NCBI GenBank assembly: GCA_002269645.1
Contig: NIVC01000011.1
Span: 62,001 to 126,000, forward strand
DNA from: Macrostomum lignano
Taxonomy: Eukaryota
Direction of reading: 5' to 3'
DNA length: 64,000 nucleotides
Each line of letters starts with the position of its first letter. Position 1 is the first letter of the stretch. Positions 57,291 to 64,000 of this stretch are shown here, in pieces. The notes under the pieces are model-generated. The model was not told the origin of the DNA, made no database searches, and saw nothing but the letters and a program-made list of their open reading frames with translations. The position numbers and the translations under genes were made by a program.

Positions 57291-60200
57291 ATGACTAAGC
57301 TCCACGCTGCCAAAGGAGCGACATTCTGTCTGCAAATAAATTTACAGCATTGCGTATCTGCGTCAGTAAATCTGATGAAGATTGCTGAGCTGTACAGGCC
57401 AGGCCTCATCCTGATCCAGGAACCCTGGATGCGCAACGGTAAGTTGCCCAACATTCCCTCTGGCTACTCTGATTTTTATGTGTGTGGCCCGGGGAACAGC
57501 CGCCCTAGAGCGGCTATCCTCGCTGCTAGCCATCTCCAGGCTTGGCTGAGGACTGATCTCTCTGATGGAGACCTTTGCGTCATCCAATCTAATCATTTCT
57601 CTCCGCGTACGTGTCTTGTTGCCTCGGTTTATATCCCAGGCGACAGAGACCCTGCTCCCGAGAGTTTACTGCGCCTTGCGCAGTACTGCGAGTCCCAGAA
57701 CGCTGAGCTGTGCTTAGGGGGCGACCTCAACGCGCACCACAAGCACTGGGGCAGCAAAGATACCAACACTAGAGGAGAGGAGCTTCTGGCCCTCATCTCT
57801 AACACAAACCTCATGCTCTGCAACCGCGGCAGCACTCCTACCTTTAATAATGGCAGATGGACCGAGGTCCTCGACGCCACACTCGTTACCCCAAGACTCT
57901 TTGACAGAGTCAAGGAGTGGAGAGTCTGGTCTGAGGAGCCCTCCCTGTCTGACCACTGCTTTATCGCCTTTAATATCGCGGACACTAAAACCCAGTCTCC
58001 GATCACTTGGAGACGCAATATCCGCAACACTGATTGGGCGGCCTACAAGGCTGCCCTTGATCTGCACCTGCAGGAACTCACGGACTTACGTCCGATTGAG
58101 ACCTGCGAGGATGTGGATCATATGGCTGAGACGCTGACAGGTTGCATTATTGCAGCCTACGAAGCGGCTTGTCCTGCTCGCGCCTACAGAGGCAAGACCT
58201 CGGCGCCGTGGTGGAACCCGGAGCTGGGGAAACTCAGGCGGAAGGCCAAAAGCCTTCATCGCCGTGCCATGAAGACCGGAAACCCGGAGGACATGGAGCT
58301 TTTCCGGCAAGCCTCCCGCAATTTCAAATCTGAAGTGCGCAAGGCCAAGGAATGTAAGTGGCGCCAATTCTGCAATGAATTGGATCAAGACAGACCTACT
58401 TCTAGGCTTGTCAAGGCCCTTACAATGGACAAAATGTCCAAATTAGCCATGATCAAAAAAGATGATGGCTCTCTTACTAAAGACCCTGAAGAAGTGCTTC
58501 AGCATATGCTTAGCACATTCTTCCCGAGGGTACCTACTGCTAGACCGGAGCCCAACCATTCGATGGATGGAGCCACCCTAGCGGCGGGCATTGTCACTGA
58601 AGACCTAATCGCTCGTGCGGTCAGAACCTTCAAACCCTTCAAATCTCCTGGACCTGATGGTATCTACCCTGTTCTCCTTCGTGAAGCAGCCAAGATACCC
58701 TCGTTCCTGAGACTCACCCGCAATCTTATGCGGGCCTCTATCCAGCTGGGATACGTTCCCAAAAGCTGGACTGAAGCTCGAGTAGTCTTTATTCCCAAAC
58801 CTGGGAAGGGTGACTACCAAAGCGTCAAGGCCTTCCGGCCAATTAGCTTAACGTCAGCAATGCTTAAGCTCACTGAGAGGCTTATTCTCTGGCGGCTGCT
58901 CTCCTGCGAGCTGACAGCGATGCCCCTCAGCAATAATCAGCACGCCTTCCGTACCGGGAGGTCGACTGACAGCGCCCTGCATGCGATTGTCGAAAAGATT
59001 GAACGGGCGGTACTGGGTGACGGTTACGCCCTGGCTCTCTTTCTTGACATTGTTGGCGCCTTCGACAACGTTATCTTTGAAGCGTTTCAGAGGGCCCTTC
59101 AAAATCGCAAAGCTCATGCTACCCTCATACGGTGGATCATGTACATGATCTCCAACCGTACGGTCACTGCCCAACTTCTTGGGCAAACTGCCTCCACCAG
59201 AGTCTGTAAGGGTGGACCCCAAGGCGGAGTCCTCACCCCGACGCTCTGGAACCTGGTCATGGACGCTCTTCTGAGTGACTCCCGACCTGACCCCGTCTTC
59301 AAAGTCGGGTATGCTGATGACGTCACGGCCATTGTGGCAGGACCGTCTCCCAGCACGCTCAGGGATCTGATGCAGAGCTTTATCCGCAAAGCAGAATCCT
59401 GGGCCAATGACAATGGTTTGGAACTCTCTGAGCCCAAAACCGTTGCCATTATGTTTACCAGCAGACTACGCTGGAACATACGTCCTCTGCAGCTCTACGG
59501 CAGAGATATTGCCTTCGCGCACCAGACCAGATGTCTCGGGGTCACACTTGACCACCGGCTCAACTGGTCCTTCCACGTGAAAGCAAAAGCTAAGCGTGCC
59601 TCAGCCATCCTGGCCCAGCTCCGACGAGCACTTGGCACTTCTTGGGGTCTATCCCCAAAGCGGCTTTGGTGGATCTATACTTCCGTAGTTAGACCTGCCA
59701 TTACGTACGCCTCTGTTGTCTGGGTTAGCGCTACCCAGGTCAAAAGCCATGCAGACCTGCTCAACACGATCCAAGGCAGAGCGTGTAGGCTCATCTGCAA
59801 CGCCACCAGGTCCACGCCCTTTGCTGGCATGGGGGCCTTTCTTAATCTTCCGCCTCTTGACCTCTTCATCAGGGGTGAGGCGGCTAGAACGACGCGGCGT
59901 CTAATTGATGCCGGCGTCAAATTCATTTACATGAGAGCACCTGCTAAGCGGAACCTTGTCCCGCATAGCGATCTGTGCCTCAACTTTCTCAACGAGTGTC
60001 AGGCCAATCGCGTCTTCACCGATGGCATTGCCTCAACGCTCAACCTGAGACAGCGCTACTCCGTAGCTATCGACTCGCGCGATAACATCAATGACCATTG
60101 GAACCCTGGTGAGCTTCATTGCTACACCGACGGTTCTAAGCAGTCAGCCAACACCGGCTTTGGTGTTGGAATCTTTCTGAACGGGAGGGTCATCGCTACC

Positions 60201-61031
60201 CACGCTCAATACACTGGGGTCAACTCCAGTGTTTTCCAAAATGAAGTTCTGGCCATCAGCTCCTGCACTGCAGAGCTTCTCGCCATTGGCGTTACTGGTA
60301 AGAACATCATTTTCCATTCGGACAGCCAAGCTGCCTTGCACGCCATCAGTGGCTGCAGCACCAACTCTGCTACAGTCCTTGACTGTATCAAACTCCTCAA
60401 TGTGTTGGGTTCCGCCAACAAAATTACCCTTAAGTGGGTTCCGGGGCATGTGGGGATCCGAGGAAATGAGTTGGCTGACACCCTTGCAAAAGTTGGTGCC
60501 TCCGGCTCCTCTCTCGGCCCCGAACCTCTTGTCCCGATTCCTGGCTGTGTCATCGACTCGCGCATCAAAGCGTGGATCAGGACTCAGCACCGCTCGACTT
60601 GGGCGAACCGCACGAACTGCAGGCAATCCAGAGGCGCTGTCCCTCAGCCCTCTCACCAGCTCCGGAAGCTCCTCTTGCGCCTCTCGCGCAGAGACATCCG
60701 GGCTGCCACCATGACCCTCTCTGGTCACGGCTGCTTCTCCAGGCACCAGTACCTGCAGGGCAACGCCACCAACGCCACCTGTAGTTTCTGCAACTCAGGT
60801 GACGAAACCGCTGAGCATTTCGTCAGCATCTGTCCCGCCTTCACGCGGGCCAGACTCACTTACCTCGGGCCACACACATCTATTACTGAAGCGTGCAAAC
60901 CCGAAAACTTTAATCAGCTCATGCGCTACCTTCGGGCCACCCGCAGGGCTGAACTCTCCTTTCCAGAGAGCACCATAGCTGCTGGTGACACTGGGGGACC
61001 TCCCTGGGCGGCGCCAACCCTCCGTCCATAG
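57291..61031 (+). CDS. LINE ORF2: APE endonuclease, RT, RNase H, C-terminal CCHC
   Basis: QINLQH, LIQEPW, GGDLNAHH..WGS, SDH; KSPGPDG, FRPISL, FLDIVGAFD, GPQGGVLTP, YADD; YTDGSK, SDSQAAL, WVPGHVGIRGNELAD; CSFC...ETAEHFVSIC. Intact over 1246 aa. Confidence 0.97.
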   Translation: MTKLHAAKGATFCLQINLQHCVSASVNLMKIAELYRPGLILIQEPWMRNGKLPNIPSGYSDFYVCGPGNSRPRAAILAASHLQAWLRTDLSDGDLCVIQSNHFSPRTCLVASVYIPGDRDPAPESLLRLAQYCESQNAELCLGGDLNAHHKHWGSKDTNTRGEELLALISNTNLMLCNRGSTPTFNNGRWTEVLDATLVTPRLFDRVKEWRVWSEEPSLSDHCFIAFNIADTKTQSPITWRRNIRNTDWAAYKAALDLHLQELTDLRPIETCEDVDHMAETLTGCIIAAYEAACPARAYRGKTSAPWWNPELGKLRRKAKSLHRRAMKTGNPEDMELFRQASRNFKSEVRKAKECKWRQFCNELDQDRPTSRLVKALTMDKMSKLAMIKKDDGSLTKDPEEVLQHMLSTFFPRVPTARPEPNHSMDGATLAAGIVTEDLIARAVRTFKPFKSPGPDGIYPVLLREAAKIPSFLRLTRNLMRASIQLGYVPKSWTEARVVFIPKPGKGDYQSVKAFRPISLTSAMLKLTERLILWRLLSCELTAMPLSNNQHAFRTGRSTDSALHAIVEKIERAVLGDGYALALFLDIVGAFDNVIFEAFQRALQNRKAHATLIRWIMYMISNRTVTAQLLGQTASTRVCKGGPQGGVLTPTLWNLVMDALLSDSRPDPVFKVGYADDVTAIVAGPSPSTLRDLMQSFIRKAESWANDNGLELSEPKTVAIMFTSRLRWNIRPLQLYGRDIAFAHQTRCLGVTLDHRLNWSFHVKAKAKRASAILAQLRRALGTSWGLSPKRLWWIYTSVVRPAITYASVVWVSATQVKSHADLLNTIQGRACRLICNATRSTPFAGMGAFLNLPPLDLFIRGEAARTTRRLIDAGVKFIYMRAPAKRNLVPHSDLCLNFLNECQANRVFTDGIASTLNLRQRYSVAIDSRDNINDHWNPGELHCYTDGSKQSANTGFGVGIFLNGRVIATHAQYTGVNSSVFQNEVLAISSCTAELLAIGVTGKNIIFHSDSQAALHAISGCSTNSATVLDCIKLLNVLGSANKITLKWVPGHVGIRGNELADTLAKVGASGSSLGPEPLVPIPGCVIDSRIKAWIRTQHRSTWANRTNCRQSRGAVPQPSHQLRKLLLRLSRRDIRAATMTLSGHGCFSRHQYLQGNATNATCSFCNSGDETAEHFVSICPAFTRARLTYLGPHTSITEACKPENFNQLMRYLRATRRAELSFPESTIAAGDTGGPPWAAPTLRP

Positions 61032-61279
61032 CGACGCGTCGGCCGTTCAGGGACTAGCGGAATGGGCGCCCGCGCCTTCCCGCTGTGTCCCCTCCGGGAC
61101 AGCCCTGCAGCTAAGTCAAGTAAGTCAAGCCACCATGCGCATGCTAGAAGCTTCCTTTTTTACCTGTCTAATTAGCTGGTTAGGAATTTCGCGCGTATAA
61201 AGCGACAGGCAAAGATGCGATTAGCGCCAGGCTGCTCAGCCTCTTGCAGAATCGTTGAAAATTTTGGCTTGTCAAGCAA

Positions 61280-62002
61280 ATGCTCCTACTGCTCCTGTTC
61301 CACCTGTGCAGCCAGCCTGTGTTGCTATGGGCTCAACCGTGCCCAGCTCCATTCAAACTCGAGGCAGAAAAATGCCTGTTCGTGAGCACAGCTCAGAGTC
61401 ACAGCTGGTGCGAGGCCAACCGGCAGTGCGCCGCGATCGGGGGCGAGCTGGTCAACTCGTACAGCTCTCTGCAGCTGCTGGCTAGCAACGAAATTTCGAG
61501 CGCCAACTGCAACTGCAACCTGTGGATTGGAGTGAGCGACCTGCCGGATGAAAGAGGCCACAGCAGGTCCGGCTGGCAGAGGGTTAATGGCAGAGGACAG
61601 CTACCGGAGGACAATTCCTTGTTCAAGTCGGGTGAGCCGAGCGGAGACGACTGCCTGCGACTGTCCGAAACCTCCGGCCGACTTGCCGACACATCGTGCA
61701 GCTTTTCTGCCGGGTTTGTCTGCGAGTTTTCTAGCGATACGAGCGTCCGAAAGGCGTCTGTCGCTATCTGGAGAGCCGCTGAGTTCAAGCGAGTGCAGTA
61801 CAACTCCAAGTACTGCTTCGAAGACGTGACGGACGTGAGCAGCGCTGTCGAGTGCACAGCGGCCGCCATGCGGAATGAAAACTGCCGACACGTGCTGTAC
61901 AACAGCAAGCTGAGAGCCTGCCGCCTGCTGCTGTTCACCGACGCTCAGGTGGAGGCTGAGATCGAGACGAGCGCCGACTGGGTCAAGTTCCGTCTCAACT
62001 AA
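61280..62002 (+). CDS. Secreted C-type lectin + PAN/apple-like protein (paralog B)
   Basis: Same architecture and collinear with paralog A: SWCEANRQC, LWIGVSD, GEPS..DC, ADTSC..FVCEF, near-identical C-terminus. Confidence 0.88.
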   Translation: MLLLLLFHLCSQPVLLWAQPCPAPFKLEAEKCLFVSTAQSHSWCEANRQCAAIGGELVNSYSSLQLLASNEISSANCNCNLWIGVSDLPDERGHSRSGWQRVNGRGQLPEDNSLFKSGEPSGDDCLRLSETSGRLADTSCSFSAGFVCEFSSDTSVRKASVAIWRAAEFKRVQYNSKYCFEDVTDVSSAVECTAAAMRNENCRHVLYNSKLRACRLLLFTDAQVEAEIETSADWVKFRLN

Positions 62003-62904
62003 CTGAGTAGAAAATTTTTGGACTATGCGAGAAAAACATTGAAATTTGCATGCAGCTCCAACATGAAAGTGCAGTTCCGCGTTGGGGGTTAAAGTCACTT
62101 GTAGAGATGGGGATATTCTATGTAGGAACAGTGGCAGTAATGGGCAAGGTGACCTTACTGAAAGCTTTACAAAGAGGAGAGGTAGAGGAAGGCGCAAGAA
62201 TGAGACCATGCGAGATGAGATCAATTTTCGAAGTTTAGAGTAGGTAAATACAAAAGGAATTTTTTTGCAGAACTGCTTGTCAAAATACATTTATGGACTA
62301 CAAGAACGCCCGGTAGGTAATTGCTGTCATGCCCGAAATACCAGACAATTACTTTTAAATTTCAAGCCTTTTTCTCTCCATTTTTATTGCTAATATTTAG
62401 TGATCAAACAAGCAACCTACAATGCAATCAGTTTTAAAACCCCAGCTAAAAATAGTACAGCGCACCCAATACACTACTTTACACGCTTCTTAAGTAGTGA
62501 TCAGCTCGACAAAATTACAACAGCAGAATCTAAAGCAACCAGTTAAAACGATAGTGTCCCTACTGCTAACTATTTGTCACACTGCTGCCTTATTAAACAA
62601 GAAAAAATTATTAAATCCTCAGATTTATTTTTTGACCGCATCAAGCAACATTTCTTTTTGATTTTCGATCCTTTTCAAGAACGAATTCGGCAACACCTCT
62701 GCATAGAAGAGACAAACCACTGAAAATTTTTTAATCCCAGCAGATTATTTCTTTTGTAAAACGAATAGAAATGCATTTTAGGGGTTGGGGCTGCAATTCT
62801 TAAAATACTCAGCGGTGCTCACCCTTTGGCTCAAGCTTGCGTAGAGGGTCACAGCAAATGGGCTTGATTTTCACACTGTCTAGGACTTGACAACCAAAGC
62901 CCTC

Positions 62905-63110
62905 AGTTGCTGGGCCAGCCTCCCAGATCCTCAGTTGCTGGGCCAGCCTCCCAGATCCTCAGTTGCTGAGCCAGCCTCTCAGATCCTCAGTTGCTGGGCC
63001 AGCCTCCCAGATGCTCAGTTGCTGGGCCAGCCTCCCAGATCCTCAGTTGCTGGGCCAGCCTCCCAGATCCTCAGTTGCTGGGCCAGCGTCTCAGATCCTC
63101 AGTTGCTATG
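62905..63110. repeat. 28-bp minisatellite (CCTCAGTTGCTGGGCCAGCCTCCCAGAT)
   Basis: About 7 tandem copies. Confidence 0.93.
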
Positions 63111-63702
63111 CCTCCGTTGATTACACTAAGTCTTTACATATAGTCTCTGTTTAATACAGAGATTAAGTGAGTCTATAATTAAGGCTTTGTTGCTAGGATT
63201 CAGTATGATTTCCCATAAGACATTGGATAGCCAACTTTCGCTTGATTTTAAGCTTTTTAAGTTAGCAATTCGTCCGTGTTAATTATACCAGCTGTCTCTA
63301 TCGTGACTAATAACTGGTACCAAATGTAAAGCTCGGTTTTTTCGTCTTTTCTCAAGCGCTGCAGACTTCGTTAGTTTTTTTATTACCTCGGGATTACGCC
63401 GTGGATTGTCACGCTCGGGCGCGTAAGTTGATGAGAGAATGAGGGACTTACGGTCAGATTAATCAGAGGCTAATTAGGATTCTGATAAACTTTTTCTGGC
63501 GTATGCTCTGATGCAAAATAAAGTACAAGTCCGAATTCAAGTTTTAAGTAGCTAAAAAGTGTGGCATGGTCAAAAGCGCTTAACAAAATTTTGGGTTGAA
63601 AAAGACAGCCCAGTAACGATTTCTTATTTTCTGCGATATTATTACATGTATTTTGTTAATAAATTCGCATAAAGCCATGGTTGGTGTTTGTTCGAAGATG
63701 GC

Positions 63703-63770
63703 TCTGAAGGCTGCGTACGGCTGTTCAGTCCAAGGACTGGGGGGTCGCCACACACCCTCAATTACCCCAG
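63703..63770 (-). mobile_element. Internal fragment of the same SINE
   Basis: tctgaaggctgcgtacggctgttcagtccaaggactgg...cctcaattacccc matches the other two copies. Confidence 0.75.
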
Positions 63771-64000
63771 TACATAAAATATTAACTTAAAAATCTTGAA
63801 ATTCAGTCATATCTTTCATATCTTTCTGAAGCCAGCAGGCATTGAATATTCTTTCATTGCAACACAGACGTTATGGACCAATGCATCCTGTCTGCCTGTC
63901 AAAGCGAATTAAGAATTTAGTAGTGGGTTCATCCAAGTTAGTCATCATCAGTTTAACTCAAGGAAAAGAAAAAAAAATACATTGTTGAGACTGATTTTGG

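Larger units (their letters stand above)
55540..61129 (+). mobile_element. Full-length non-LTR retrotransposon (I-group, LOA/Lian-like), 5.6 kb
   Basis: 9-bp TSD CCACCATGC at 55531-55539 and 61130-61138; two ORFs; 3' hairpin GTCCC-CTCC-GGGAC and (TAAGTCAAG)2 tail. Confidence 0.93.

Overview
Eukaryotic (animal) genomic DNA with GC-rich, polyQ-containing exons in AT-rich introns packed with micro- and minisatellites. The style is reminiscent of the flatworm Macrostomum, but that is inference only. About 49 kb is the 3' part of a + strand dystrophin/utrophin-like gene. I assembled by hand a phase-consistent chain of 18 GT-AG exons (2741..48656, 7677 nt, ~2558 aa) ending in spectrin-like repeats, WW, EF-hands, ZZ and coiled coils. 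The N-terminal CH domains are not in the window. The introns contain a 5'-truncated BEL/Pao LTR retrotransposon (- strand, 3' LTR and PPT intact) inserted in a 23-bp satellite, a tRNA-derived CORE-type SINE with a target-site duplication, a nested inverted-repeat element, a variant tRNA-Leu(TAA), about 20 different tandem arrays, and several candidate internal first exons or microexons. Downstream lie a single-ORF GT13 (MGAT1/GnT-I-like) gene and two intronless secreted C-type-lectin + PAN/apple-like paralogs. The paralogs are separated by a full-length LINE (ORF1; APE-RT-RNase H ORF2) with a 9-bp TSD. Most long ORFs in the supplied track are translated tandem repeats. No database search could be run, so family calls rest on recognised motifs.
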